DNA of 64,000 nucleotides from Haplodiscus bocki (GCA_965655095.1 OZ296649.1:76384001-76448000), one strand, 5' to 3'; numbered from the stretch's first letter, positions 12,073-24,949 are shown. The notes: a model not told the origin generated them from the sequence alone. A program made the numbers and translations.

Positions 12073-14176
12073 CTGAAACATTACGTTAACACTGCGTCAA
12101 GATCAGGAATTGGAGCGTCGGCTTTCACTTAGCGGCTATTTGACAACAAGGAATCACTTCAGACGTCAGAATATCCAGCTTAAAAATCTTGGCATAACAA
12201 GCTAAACAGATGTCTGTTGTATTTTTAATTCATCCGATTATATTCAAAGTTTCCAAGTTGCCTCTTTTTCATTAAGCATTTGGTCAACAGCAACAAAAAA
12301 CTTAATCTGGAGTCGCTTTCCTTGTTATATTTATTTACTCACAAATTTTCAAGTCAATGCCCCATGTAAAATTGGGTTCGGCGACATTAAGGGTTTTAAA
12401 ACTTTGGCTTTGCATCGAAACCAGCTGTTGTTCAAACCAGATTCATGCAACTGAACACTCAGTTAGAAATTTGAAACTGGATAATGTTAGTCATGACGTC
12501 ACACAAAACCCAACAACAAGATTCAACATATTTGGCTCAAAACTCAGAGCAGCTAAAGGTTCAAAACGCTGTCACCTGTCCGGGTAACAACCACCAATTA
12601 CTATATGTGGTACTTGAAGAGAAATAGAATGTCACTACTGCCAAAAACTATGCCCCTTTTTAGCACAACTTTCAACTGAATTGCAATACAATGGAATTCG
12701 GCAAAAACTCTAATCCTGGGACCTGGAAAATGTTAAGTCATAATCGCTATACCTTATAAAGAGAATGAAACATTCAATTTTTGGGACTTTTCGCGCATAA
12801 GGTATATGCTGTCCCATGCAATTTATCGCCGTTCACGTTAGAAAAGGACTCCCCATGATTTCAGTTGCGGAAGTAATGAATGAATTCAACAGACCAGTTT
12901 CTGCTCACTTCACTGCCGCAGAGGTTTCGAGGTTCGACGTCCAAATTTTGAACAAGTTTCAAATGATTTCTTCTCTTTGTTTCTATTTAACTTTCAGAAT
13001 GTAAAGTATGGTAAGATCTTGAGAAGCACTTTGAACTCAGACCGCTCACCAGACAGAGCCTTAAAAAGCACATCCCTGCTATAACTCAAGAAATAGACCT
13101 GGAGTTATGACAATTGAAGCATTAACACCTAATATCTACCGTTCACAAAAGTTTACCTGAAATTATATTTCCGCTGTCTTAAAATTCCAATAAATTTCAC
13201 TTCAAAAATTATTGAATCCTGTTTTTTTTGTGTTCTCGTATAAAGACTAACAAAAGAAATTTCAAGCACGACGCTCAAAATTTGGTCAACAAAATTTCAA
13301 CTATTTCTGAAACAGCATTTGAAGAACACACCTCTGTGTAATTCTGCCCTCAATATACGACATTTGGGAACATAGCATGTGACATGAATGGCCCCGTAGT
13401 AGACACATACACTTGAGCATTGAATTAATTTCACTAATGCAAAGTACAACTAGCATTGGAAGTGGTATTAGTTGGTTGCCTTCAAAAACCAACGGCGTTA
13501 CTTGAACAAGAGAGAACATAAGGACAAAACAGTAGAGCGATAACACTCAATGCCCGAGGTGTTTCCCAACTATTACCTTGTAACTAACAGCTGAATTATT
13601 CAGAGATCAGCGCCGGTGCTGTCCGAGCAATGCAGTCGCCTCGTCAACGTCACAATTCATTTCGACATTGCTAAACATTCCTTCCTAATTAAAATATATT
13701 CGATTCAAGAGAACTAAGCTAGTCATTTAAGGCTAAATAAATGTTTAAACATTCAGCTCTGCCGTCCAGGATCTGATGGTAAAATACTACAAAACTGTAG
13801 TGGATTAATTCCCCCCACTGCCCTTCTTAATCTCACAAGTTTTGAAGGAAAACACAATGTGGCGGTTGTAACGCAATGGAGCGGAACGGATCGAAGACAG
13901 TGCAACTTTGAAGGATAAATAAAAGACCACCACTTCACAGATCAAACTCAAGTCCACTAATACACTTAGTTTACTCTAACAAATGTGCAGACTCCAGACA
14001 AATAATGATACAATTATAAAAAAAATGAAATTTTTGGTTATTACGCCCACACTGGCCTGGGTTTCGTTTGAAGCAGTAGCCTCCTTCACCGCTGCCAGAA
14101 TGTGGGTCATGGATGCGACGCTCGGCTACGCCGGTTGCATCTTGACTGCGAGAACTCTCAGATACAACATACATAC

Positions 14177-14189
14177 CGTGAAAATTATC
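14177..14189 (-). CDS. Candidate 13-nt microexon (phase 0 to 1)
   Basis: ttaac...ttgtttaag|GATAATTTTCACG|gtatgt. Supplies the phase shift needed between the 17921 donor (phase 0) and the 12072 acceptor (phase 1). Confidence 0.4.
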
Positions 14190-14629
14190 CTTAAACAACG
14201 TGCCAAGTTAATTCGTTTTTCAAAATTTCAGCTTCAACAACAAGCTTTTTGGCCTGCCATTCAAATTAACGATGAAAACTTTTTCAATTTTTCATTTTTC
14301 TTTCTTCAAGTAAATCAAAATTGATTTATGCTAATTGCTTTTCATAGTTTTCAATGAGTATTCAATTTCACAAAAGCATTGTTTCGCATCTGAATGTGCT
14401 TTGGTCGACTCGTAATTTTGAGCCCAAAAAAAATGGTTGTCTGAATTAAGAATGAAATGTCCGCCGAGATTTTAAAAAACTACTAAAATTGAGTTTTTCC
14501 AAATTCCTCTCTATCAACAAAATTCTTCAAACACAGGACAACTTGGTTCGCAAAACAATTGTATTACCCTAATATATTTCAAAGATTATGAATTGTACGT
14601 GCTGAGAATTGTATGTCCATTAATGAACA

Positions 14630-15010
14630 TTTTTATTTTTTACGTACTTTTTTGCGATAGAAAGGATAGTATATTTTCGAAGGAATCCTAAGAATTTTTA
14701 TATATTCAATCTTGATTATGACGTGAAAGTCATGAAATGTTTTATTTCTTTGACTGATAGCTCTATTTGCTTTGATAAGGGAGGAGGTCTTCAAATAGCG
14801 TGGATGGATGGTCTAAAAATGAACTTTCCTTCCAGGTAGTCTGAAAAGATTGTAGTTTTGCCATCTCGTAGAGTTGAAAAGCTATTTTTTCGAGCTTGAA
14901 CTTATACCCTTACTTTTTCAATTGTAAAAAGGATTGCTTTGAAGGATCATACTTTAAAGTAAAGTACTAATAGAAAAGGGGGATAAAAATTTATAGTATC
15001 ATTCAAAGTA
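14630..15010. repeat. Interspersed repeat with an inverted partner at 20270-20650
   Basis: ttgactgatagctctatttgctttgataagg versus cctaatcaaagcaaataaagctatcagtcaa; aagctattttttcgagcttgaa versus ttcaagctcgaaaaatagctt. Confidence 0.8.
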
Positions 15011-15599
15011 TACGTCAAAATAACCGTATCAATGTACATCACCGTCTACGTCCATAAAGTTTGACCAATTTCAAAACGGGCAAATCTAATCCAAGGAATG
15101 CGATTCATTGGAATGAAATAAAACCATCAGAAAAACCCTTTCTGTCTGTGAAAATCTGTTTGACAATGAGGAAAACGAGCGAAAGTTCCGTCTCGAAGAC
15201 TTTTTGAATGCATTTCATTAAGTTAAAACATCATTCTAATCGGTTAAAGATTAAAGAGCACAGCAAATGAATATGCACTGCAAGATTAATCATTTGAAGG
15301 AAGCGGTGGCGGCGAGCAAATTTAGTTGATGGAAAACCAGCACAAAGTCACCACACGCAAAGTAGTACCTGGCTGATAGGACATTGCACTCTCAATGTTT
15401 GCATTCCGCGGAGTTATGCGGTTGCGCTAAACCAATCAACAAAATCAGTCTGAAGCAGAAACTACTCCCATTGAAATTTACGTACCATTTTAAAATAAGA
15501 CTCAAAACCGAGGCATCAACAAGGATGCTAGCATTATGCACTAAGAAACTATAAAAGTAAAAAAAAATGGAATTGAGCGAATTAAAAATGCTAATTTTG

Positions 15600-16050
15600 A
15601 ACACAGAGGCGAAGCGGAACTTCGCAAAAGTCTGACTTTTCAGTAGAGGTCAAAAATGAGCAATACATATCAAAGGTCTTGAGAGATCATTGAAAACATG
15701 ATTGTAGATGTGACTGATACTTTTAGAATTACTAAACCGGTTGTCAATCAAAAGTTCGTTCGAGGAGTCGAATTGAGACGAGAGAAGTATCTGTCACACT
15801 GCCTCATCTCAAACATTTGATCTGTCAATCATGCAATTTTAGGTTTCGCTATTTTGCAGCCCAACATCTAAGATTTGAGCAGTGAACAACGCGGAAATGA
15901 ACAATATTACACGACAAATGTTTCATATTCAAGACATTGATATTTAACTTCTTGTTCATTTCTTCAGACCATATGTTTACAAAATTAGCATTTCTTGCAA
16001 CGCGACAGTAAACAACTACCTGGTAAAGAGACCTTTTGATCGCTTTCACT
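15600..16050 (+). repeat. Same MITE-like family, copy 2
   Basis: acagaggcgaagcggaacttcgcaa...gtcaatcaaaagttcgttcgaggagtcgaattgagac...acatttgatctgtcaatcatg. Confidence 0.65.
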
Positions 16051-16499
16051 ACACCGCTAGACTCTCTGATGAAGTCACAAAATGCAAGTTTTGGACAGGT
16101 TAAAAATCTATGCATAATCCGGTTTCCAATGCACATTCTTCTTTTCAGTCAGAATGTGTAAAAAGGAGAAAATAAGATGCGAATTAAATTGATAAGTTTG
16201 ATATTTGAACCAATTAGCACATAAACTTGATGAAATGGAAGTACATACTGGTGGTTCAAAAGTAAATAAGTAAAGAAATCATCCGCTTCACGTTATCGCT
16301 CAGCTGGCCCGTCACATGGATTTGCGAAAAGCGAGAAAGTAAAATCTATAGGGTTTACGGTTATAAGCTTAAAAATCTTAAAATGGATTTTCGAAGGTAT
16401 TCTTGTAGATAATTATCAGGTTTGACTCAAAAAGGAACGATGACTCCATACTCCAATGACATTTCTATTTCAAACAAGTTACCTTTTCCTTTTAGAGGG

Positions 16500-16910
16500 G
16501 CATTTTATTGAAATTGCCTCCCTTCAGTTTTGTTAATGACGCCTTTCAAAAAAATTGAAACGTTTTTTCAAAAAAACTCCTTCATATACTTGTTAATTTT
16601 TCCAAATTTAATTTTTTGCCAAATTTTTATTTTTAAGAAATGATATCACTTGATATGCATTCTACAGCGAATTTGCCACCTTTTTCAAACCCATGTACTA
16701 TTTTCAAAAAAACTTAAACTTCGTACGTATGAGAAATTTTACTATTTCGGTCGCATTCTACAGCAAATTTGCTATAATTTGGTGATTAAAAAATTTCAAA
16801 TCCAGAATCTGGGCATTGCCCGAATAATTGGCAAGTAAGCGTTAAAAAAAACGCGCTGCTTTGAGTGGACGAGTTTCCTTCCAGATTATAAATATGGGTG
16901 GAAAATAACA
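16500..16910 (-). mobile_element. Inverted, partial copy of the 11034-11517 family
   Basis: tactatttcggtcgcattctacagcaaatttgctataatttggtgat is a reverse-complement match to 11155-11203. Ends in attataaatatgggtggaaaataa. Confidence 0.7.
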
Positions 16911-17920
16911 ATTTGCTGGCAGAGCTGTCCCTCTAAAGAAGTTTAGAAACTATTTTCAAGTTCTGAAGCACAAGAATTCATTTTATAGAACATTGAAAAA
17001 TTTCAACACCCAAGTCCGCAAATAAAAATTCAAATTAGAAATGCGACTTCATCATTGTCGATGAAAAAATCCGTCCACCGTCGCTAGCAAACGGACAAGG
17101 TTCATCAGGAAAATATCACTGAGCCACCTTTTTGCCAACCAGAAAGCAACTCGTTGTGTATAACAAGACGCTTCGAAACTTTGGGGGAAACTATTGAAAT
17201 TCCTCCATAGATACGTCAAAGATAGTCAAAACCTACAGGAGGGTGAATTTGAATTAGGTCGTGGGTTTCAATCATGTTTTGAACAACGCAGTTTTTTTTA
17301 AAAAATTGAGCTTTCTAAACGAAGTGTTCTGTTCCCGTTTCATAGCTATTATTTCAAGGGAGGGCATCGAATGTAAGCACTGTAGTTTTTCTCTTTGCAA
17401 ACGAAAAACTCGTTTAAACTTCCTAGCTAAAAATTCTATTGTCTAAATTTGATGGCAAACGTGTCAAGCAAATTATACAACAACCAGCACTTACTTCCTA
17501 TTTAGGCAAAAATCAAAGTGTAAACAAACAAAACTAATATTTAGAATGATTAAAGTATTGACACCTGGTCGCTTTCGGCCTATGAGCTCAGCAACGCGCC
17601 CAGTTCAATGAAATACTAGGTTCGTTTATCTCTTCTTGGTCTCAATTACCACATTTTCAAAGTACACTCAGTGTAATTCCAATAAATCGACAAAGTTCCA
17701 AATGCCCATTAATTCATTTGCGGTTTGTTTCATATTGCTTCAATCCTAAAGCTGAAAGAAATCATTTCGAACTACAAGAATATATGCCCCGAAAAAATAG
17801 ACGATTCATACGATACTCGATTTCTTTCTACACCACTCTGCTGATGATTGCCTTTGAGGCCCACGAATAGGCGAGCCGTCCGAGCTTACTCTTCAAATGG
17901 GTCTCAATAGTTGTCCTCAC

Positions 17921-18130
17921 CTGTCGAGTTGAAGTGTAGCAAGAGATTTGTACAGGTTGCATATTTCTGTTGGGGGAAGCTGAACGGCTCTGATTCAGAC
18001 CATGGACACCCACGCCTCCTCCTACGCTGGAGAGGGAAGTCTGACTGGCAAACAATTGTCGTCTCCTACCATCGGGAAGACCGCCGCCCACGGGTGCAGC
18101 AGCTCCTCCTCCAATTGATGAAAGATCAGG
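17921..18130 (-). CDS. Internal exon (210 nt, phase 0-0), Gly/Ser-rich
   Basis: tttattttgacag|CCT GAT ... CGA CAG|gtgagg. Open frame PDLSSIGGGAAAPVGGG...YTSTRQ; GC-rich relative to the introns. Confidence 0.78.
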
Positions 18131-18740
18131 CTGTCAAAATAAAAATCAAACTTCAACCAAGAAGGATAGATTGGTTAGATGGATAGAGAAGACTTCCATT
18201 CAACTTATTGATCCAAACACACTAGACAACAAAAGTAACCGTCGATAAATTTTGCAAGGGCGCAAATTTCAAGTACAAAAATATTGAAAATTTTTCCTTT
18301 TAGAAACTACCGGAGCAAAATGTTGCGATTTTTAGCCTTGTTAGTTGCTGCTTTTTGCTTTAAAATCTGACCATTATTAGACAAGTTATGATACCCTAAA
18401 TTTAGCACATTTTTGATCATTGACTTATCAGCTGAGATCAAACATAAACAATGCCTTAACAAATATTCTGAGAGACAATTGGAAACATAGGGAACAGGAC
18501 AAAACATCGATGTTTAAGTTGAGACAATGCCACCGTTTGATACCTGAGAACTTAGCGTGGTAATATGACTTCATGAAAAGCGTCAACATTTCTCATACAT
18601 AAGTATCTCAGCCTTATTATCGATTGGTAAATATATAACCATTACACTATTAAGAACTGAAATCCCACAACAAAAAGAATTTTACTTTAATTTTTGCGGA
18701 ATATATTTCCAGATTGTTCAACACTTGCGCAAGTAAAACT

Positions 18741-19824
18741 TATGGTGACCGCTTTCATGCACTATTTTTTGACTTTTTTCCTGGCATGAGCCCAAAAAAT
18801 ATCCGGAAACAATTTCAACAATTTCACGGTTTTGTCCAGTTTTCAAAATCGGTGGCCTTGTGTCTCACTTTAAAGTCGGCGGTTTTGTCTCGCATTCGAA
18901 GAAAATGATCGTAGAAAATCTGCACCAGTTGACATGCAAGCATTTGTTGGGTGAACTCGAGTTGAGACAAGTACCTACCACACTTTGGGGTGTTGTTCAT
19001 TTTCAGACCCGTATCCGGACATTTCAGTCCCAAAAACCCAGACATTTCAGTCCCAAACTTCTGGTCCTCATTTAAGCATACTATGTGACCCACATATAAG
19101 CGTTTTATGTTTTAAAATTGAAGATCTCAAAGTCGCTAATATTAATAAACATGAAGTTGAAATGCTAGCGAAATGTCATGTTTAGTTTGACAATCATTGG
19201 GAATAAGGGCCTTCATGCCGATTGAAAAATTAAAAATTTCACATGTTCAATCAATTGGGGTGAGACAACTCTCAAAACATGAACCTGAAATAGTCAATTT
19301 CACACTTTTAATAGATGGTGATAACAGTAAACAAGAAGTCCAAATTTCTTTCAAGTCACCCTATCGTGCCTGTCAATAAATAAAACTGACACTTCCAGTT
19401 GAAGCGGTGATGATGAATGAATGTGTGGAAGTAACCATTTCATGTTCAAGTTGACCGAAATTGAGCAATTTGTACAAAAACTTGATACACTCACTCGCTT
19501 TTTGCAATCGGCATGGTCATCATGACGCCATAACCGAAACACTATAACTGATTTTATTTTGCTCGCTGTCATTGGCTATCTATTTTCACTTCCTCGCTCC
19601 GCTCTTCCGGCAACGACGTCAAAAAAATTCGGGGTTTTGAAAATCCAAGACATGGTTCATTAACTTCATTTGATATTGGTTTTGGAGCTGGTCTGGTTTT
19701 GGAGTTTTGTTGATCTGTAAATTTTTGGGACTGAAAGATTTGCTTTTGCCGGCCTGAATCACCTGGGACTGAGATGTCTATGTAAGCTCACGTTTTTTTT
19801 GGGATTGAATAGTCTAGTCACCTA
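18741..19824. mobile_element. Degenerate hAT (Blackjack-like) MITE(s)
   Basis: Ends tatggtgacc / tagtcaccta resemble TAGGGTGACCA TIRs. Subterminal gacatttcagtccc repeats on the left (19018-19054) and inverted gggactgaRatg copies on the right. A second TIR-like pair at 19082/19363. No TSD found. Confidence 0.4.
19495..19572 (-). CDS. Candidate alternative first coding exon
   Basis: ATG, 26 codons (MTASKIKSVIVFRLWRHDDHADCKKR), then consensus donor GTGAGT in phase 0, compatible with the 18130 acceptor. Lies inside a possible hAT-like element. Confidence 0.3.
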
Positions 19825-20269
19825 TCAGACCAGTGTATCAGCCCAAAAAATTCTCAATGCGATTTTGAGGAATCCAAATAGCTTATGCTGGAGTTGGCGC
19901 ATAACAATTGGCAGCGCGTTTGCATTTCTTCCTTACGCTGTATATCAACCATTTTTCCGATGTTTTTTGAGAAGTGCTTTTAATTTGACTGGGATGGCAA
20001 CATTGATTGTATTAATGATCTTGCTTTAAACAAAAACTTTGGTGAGGCGTTTACATCTTCGACGGCAGCATTTTGATTCATACATTACGTAGGAGATTAT
20101 CTCTGTTCAGATGTGTCATGAATTCAAAATCCATTTTGCTGAAGAAAAACTTTAGAATAACAAAGGGGAAGGTATCACATTTTTTAGAAAATTTTTTTCA
20201 CACTGCCAAAAAGTTATTAAGGCACTCTTCTGTGTGTTTCACATTGCCTGACAGTGACGTATTTTGAAA

Positions 20270-20650
20270 GGATCATTTAAGCTATACTTTAGAGGTTCCT
20301 AAAATTTCATATCCCCTTTTTACGCAAATAATTTGAAATCCTTTTTTACTGTAAGGAGAGTATACATTCAAGCTCGAAAAAATAGCTTTTGACCTCTGCG
20401 AGATGACAAAACTGTCATCTTTTCAGACTACTAAGAAGAAACATTTAGCTTTAGACAAACCACACTTGGAAAAAATATGAAAATACTTTCCTAATCAAAG
20501 CAAATAAAGCTATCAGTCAATGAAACAGAACATTTTTTGATTGCTTTTAATTGTTAATTTCTCTTCATAATCCAGATTGAAGACATAAATATTCATAGGA
20601 TTCCGTTAGATATATCCTTTCCTTTTCATCGTTAAAAAGTACTTATAAAA
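20270..20650. repeat. Inverted copy of 14630-15010
   Basis: Reverse-complement matches as listed for 14630-15010. Confidence 0.8.
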
Positions 20651-21735
20651 AAATAAAAACGTACATCATTACTGTCTGGTAAATTCCGCAAATCAACAAG
20701 AGTTTGGCTCGAACGAGTGAGGTGGTGTACAAAAGTTTTAGAAATTCCTTTTTCCCAAAAATGTTTGGTAAATACAAAGAGGGTAAAATGAGAAATTTTG
20801 AATGGCCTCTTCGAACATTTAGTTTTTGTGGTATATGCAAAAAGCACTTGGTATCACGAGTACTTGGCACGCTTGACACTACCAGGGAGAATCATTGGAC
20901 CCAGGAAAATGTAAAAATATAACTCTTGAGTGGTTTACCAGAAAGTGCATTTCAGATATTCAGCCCGAAGACAATGTAGCTTATCAGCCATATGCTATGT
21001 ATTGAGGTAAAATAGGCCAGGCCCCTTCGGGGCTTGACTATCGAAGCATTGTATTCCAGTTCTCTAGACCGATTTTGTTTCCGGAAAAAGAGCTCGCTCT
21101 CAACTTAATTCAGGCCAGGAAAGGTTTCTAAAAAAGTCCACATGAGATAGTCGCTTCTTGATTGCCTCTGACGAACCCAATGGAAGATATAATCTGTAAA
21201 AACTTTTATACATTGACCAAAGTCTACAACAACTTTTCTGGAATTTCTCAAGCAAATGAAACGGCAACTTAAATGAAATCGGATATTTTGCAGCATCAAA
21301 TACATTCTAGATATGGTTAGATTTGGAAAAAGCGGTGCATGAACAATATCGTACCGTTAGTTACCCAGAAAAGAGAAAGTCGACCAAAATCTGGAAATGT
21401 TGTGGCATTTTAAACAAATTTTTGCACCGGGAAAGGAAAAAATGGTTTGTGTTCAATTTACATATAAATACATATATAATACATATAAAAACAGCTTTAA
21501 TTGAGCACCGGATGCAGAGAATCTAACCAAAAAAGTTTTTGAAATTGTCCTAAATCCAAAAAGTTCGTTTATTTTTGACATTTGTAAACCCATTTCAGAA
21601 AAAAAATAGAACGGTCTTTTGTGTTTTATTATTTTTTGCAGTATATGTAATATACAAGAAAAATTATTCATTCAGTAGGGTCGTTTTTCTTTTTTTTCAG
21701 ACCAAAAATGCCAACTCTTTTTATTCAAAAATAAA

Positions 21736-21805
21736 TGACAGCGGTAGGCTTTGGACAACAAGGTTCTCAAGCAGTAGGTTCGGAGTTCGAGTCACTGCCC
21801 TGCCA
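21736..21805 (+). repeat. tRNA-like/SINE-head remnant
   Basis: A-box-like cagcggtagg, B-box GTTCGAGTC at 21785-21793, ending in cca. No intact cloverleaf. Confidence 0.3.
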
Positions 21806-21819
21806 AAAATTTTTACGAT

Positions 21820-23543
21820 TTATCCCTATCATCATTTTTCGATACCCGAAACTAGTGAAACACTAAGGGGTTCCTACGAAAATTTTCGGCACTGTGAGAC
21901 AAAAAGTTTTCGACGGAAAATCGTGAATCCCCCCTTCTCTTATCCCTAACATTTTTCGATACCCGAAATTAATGAGGCACTAAAGGATTCCCCTACGAAA
22001 TTTTTCGGCATTGCGACACAAAAAAATTTCGACGGAAAATCTTGATACTCCCCCCTCCCCCCTCTTATCCATAAACTTTTTCGCTACCAGAAATTTTCTG
22101 AAACACAGATCAGAAGAGTTCCTCCACGAAATTTTTCGGCACTGTGAGACAAAAATTTCGACACAATATCGTGACATAACTCTCTGAAGCATAAAATTTT
22201 TCGATACCAGAATTTTTCTGAAACACAGACGGGTTCCTCGACGAAGTTTTTCGGCACTATGAGACGAAAATTTTTCGATGGATAATCTTGATACTCCCCC
22301 CCTCCCCTCTTATCCATTAACTTTTTCGCTACCGGACATTCTCTGAAACACAGCACAGAAGGGTTCCTCTACGAAATTTTTCGGCACTGTGAGACAAAAA
22401 AATTTCGATACAATATCGTGACATAACTCTCTGAAGCATAAAATTTTTCGATACCAGAAATTCTCTGAAAAACAGACGGGTTCCTCGACGAAGTTTTTCG
22501 GCACTGTGAGACAAAAAGTTTTCGACGGAAAATCGTGAATCCCCCCCCCCTCTTATCCATAAACTTTTTCGCTACCAGAATTTTTCTGAAACACAGATCA
22601 GAAGGGTTCCCCTATGAAATTTTTTCGGCACTGAGACAAAAAAATTTCGACACAATATCGTGACATAACTCTCTGAAGCATAAAATTTATCGATACCAGA
22701 AATTTTCTGAAACACAGACGGGTTCCTCGACGAAGTTTTTCGGTACTGTGTGACGAAAATTTTTCAACGGAAAATCGTGATACCCTTTTGCATAACGTAC
22801 AGAAATGAGTTGTGGAATTGATGTTTGTTAGAACTCTTTGAAAACTAATATCAATACAGTAGTTTTGATTTTAACCGTTTGCAAAAGTTGATCAAAATAT
22901 TTGTAGTTGGGCGAAAAATATGCCGGTGCTAGCATATTACCATTTTACTATTTATCCTTAACAGTTTTTGATACCCGAAATTAGTGAAACACTAAAAGGT
23001 TCCTATACGAAATTTTTCGGCGCTGTGAGACAAAAAATTTTGACGGAAAAACGAGATACCCCCCTTTTCATCCATAAAACTTTTTGAAACCAAAAATTTT
23101 CTCAAAAACAGTAGGATTCCCTTACGAAAGTTTTCGGCACTGTGAGACATAAAAATTTCTACTGAAAATCGTGATAAGCCCCCTCTTATCCATAATTTTT
23201 TTCCGATACCAGAAAAATTCCGGAAAACAGAAGGGTTCCTTTACAAAGCTTTTCATTTCGGTCCTGTGAGACAAAAAATTTCGACAAAACCGTGATGCCC
23301 CCCGAAATTTTCTGAAACACCGAATTTTTTTTTCGGTACTGTGAGACAAAGAGTTTTGAACGAAAAATCGTGATACCCCCTCTTTTGCATAGAATATAGA
23401 AATCAGTGGTGGAATTGATGTTTGTAGAAAACTTTCACAAACTAGATTTTAAACAATAGTCTCGTTTTTAACCGTGGGCAAATGTTGATCAAAATATTTG
23501 TGTTCCTGCGAAAAATATGCCGGTGCTAGCCGGCCGTCTTGTT
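21820..23543 (+). mobile_element. Helentron/HINE-like element dimer containing a ~120-bp satellite array
   Basis: Units start cgMtaccMgaa at about 21840, 21957, 22082, 22202, 22327, 22449, 22570, 22691, 22970, 23085 and 23204. The 3' tail occurs twice (22790-22935, 23385-23543), ending cgaaaaatat-gccggtgctagccggc-cgtcttgtt (subTIR plus hairpin). Confidence 0.8.
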
Positions 23544-24949
23544 AGATGCATTCTATTATTGGCTACTATTTGTTTCACCGCCAGATGATCAAAATGGAAT
23601 GGGTAGTCATTGAGAAAATTGTCCACTAAACTTTTGCTTTCAGGCCAGTTTAAATATTTGTCGGAAATTAGAATGAAACGCACAACTTTGCCTATCTTTA
23701 TCCAATCTAGAGACTACCGGTTTTCTATAAGGTGCTCCACGATCAGAGGAATTACCGAGAACAACCGTTTCAAAACTGATCAAAATCTACATAAACAACC
23801 TTTATTCTCAGGCAACACCTTTTTTTCACGAATAAGGCAATGAAACGCGGATCCTTGCTACTCTGTGTCCAATCCAAAGACAGCAATTTTTACTAAGCTC
23901 TCAATGAATAAAATCGACCAACATTTTTAGGCATCCTAAACCTTTATTCGAAAACTATTATGAAATGAAATCTGTTCCAGTTGTCATTCCAGTGTTCACG
24001 ATTTGCCTTTGATAAAGACGGTTGGAGCAGCGAAATCAAATGGATTTTGAAAAATATTCTGCGTATGGTAAAAATAGCAAACAGGAGAAAATATCATTAC
24101 AAGTTGAAAGTTTCTGCAAATCTATTGATAAAAAACAGCTAAAAGTCTTCATTACTAGCACATAATTTTCAAAAACACAAACGTCTTTTCCCGCAAATGC
24201 CACCTTCTATCTTCTACTCTATCGTTAGTTTCCTTCCTACAGTTAGTTGAACTGCAAGTAACTGATTATGTAACCCACACGCAACCAAGTGCGAACGTAA
24301 CGCGAGCGGATTTCACATAATATCCACTTAAGTCAAGCCTGTAGAAAATGAACACGATCACGTTTTAATATATTCACCTTCGTCTTCGATAATATTTAAT
24401 GAAAGTTTCTTTAAGGTTGCATTTTGTGAAAAAGAATACGACAAAAATTTGAAAATCAAAATTTTAAAGTGGCATGAGCGGGAATCACGAGAAAATTCGG
24501 ACGTTTCTTTTTCCAGAAAAAATTTATAGGTTAAAGGGGATTACTACAGCGCCAACAATAGTAGCCTTACTCGCTTCCTTTCCCTCTAAAAACTTAGCAA
24601 AGCTGGTTCCATTACACAATTGTCTTTGCATTCAAAACAAGTACAAACTCCAAAGCGAGTCGAATTTTCAAGAATTTATTCTAGATTTTCCTCCACAGCA
24701 ACTAGTGGTAGACTAGAAGTTCTCAACAACTTTATCATAAAAAAGAGCCCGAGTATTAGACATTCACTTTTAAAGACCATTAAAATGAACAAAATTATTA
24801 ACAATTCGACAGATAATCCTAACTTTAATTGACAGTTTAAATGACTTGACAAAGAAAGCAAAAAACCCGTTTGTACCGCAAGACATGAAATCCATGACGC
24901 CAACTTGGACTTGTGGTCGATTTGCTAACCTCAACACTTTAGTCTAAGT

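Noticed and set aside
13971-14324. ORFs 13971-14198 (-) and 13983-14324 (+) as full exons or genes
   Set aside because: No convincing donor or homology for the long versions. Only the 13-nt segment fits the required phases.
21018-21036. GC-rich hairpin caggcccc-ttc-ggggcttg
   Set aside because: Isolated, with no terminator-like U-tract or recognisable RNA family. Probably part of a repeat.
21736-21805. Functional tRNA gene
   Set aside because: B-box present, but the acceptor and D stems do not pair.
21820-23543. CRISPR-like appearance of the regular repeats, and ORFs 21980-23349
   Set aside because: Units are wholly repeated with no unique spacers, there are no cas genes and the context is eukaryotic. 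The ORFs are repeat artefacts.
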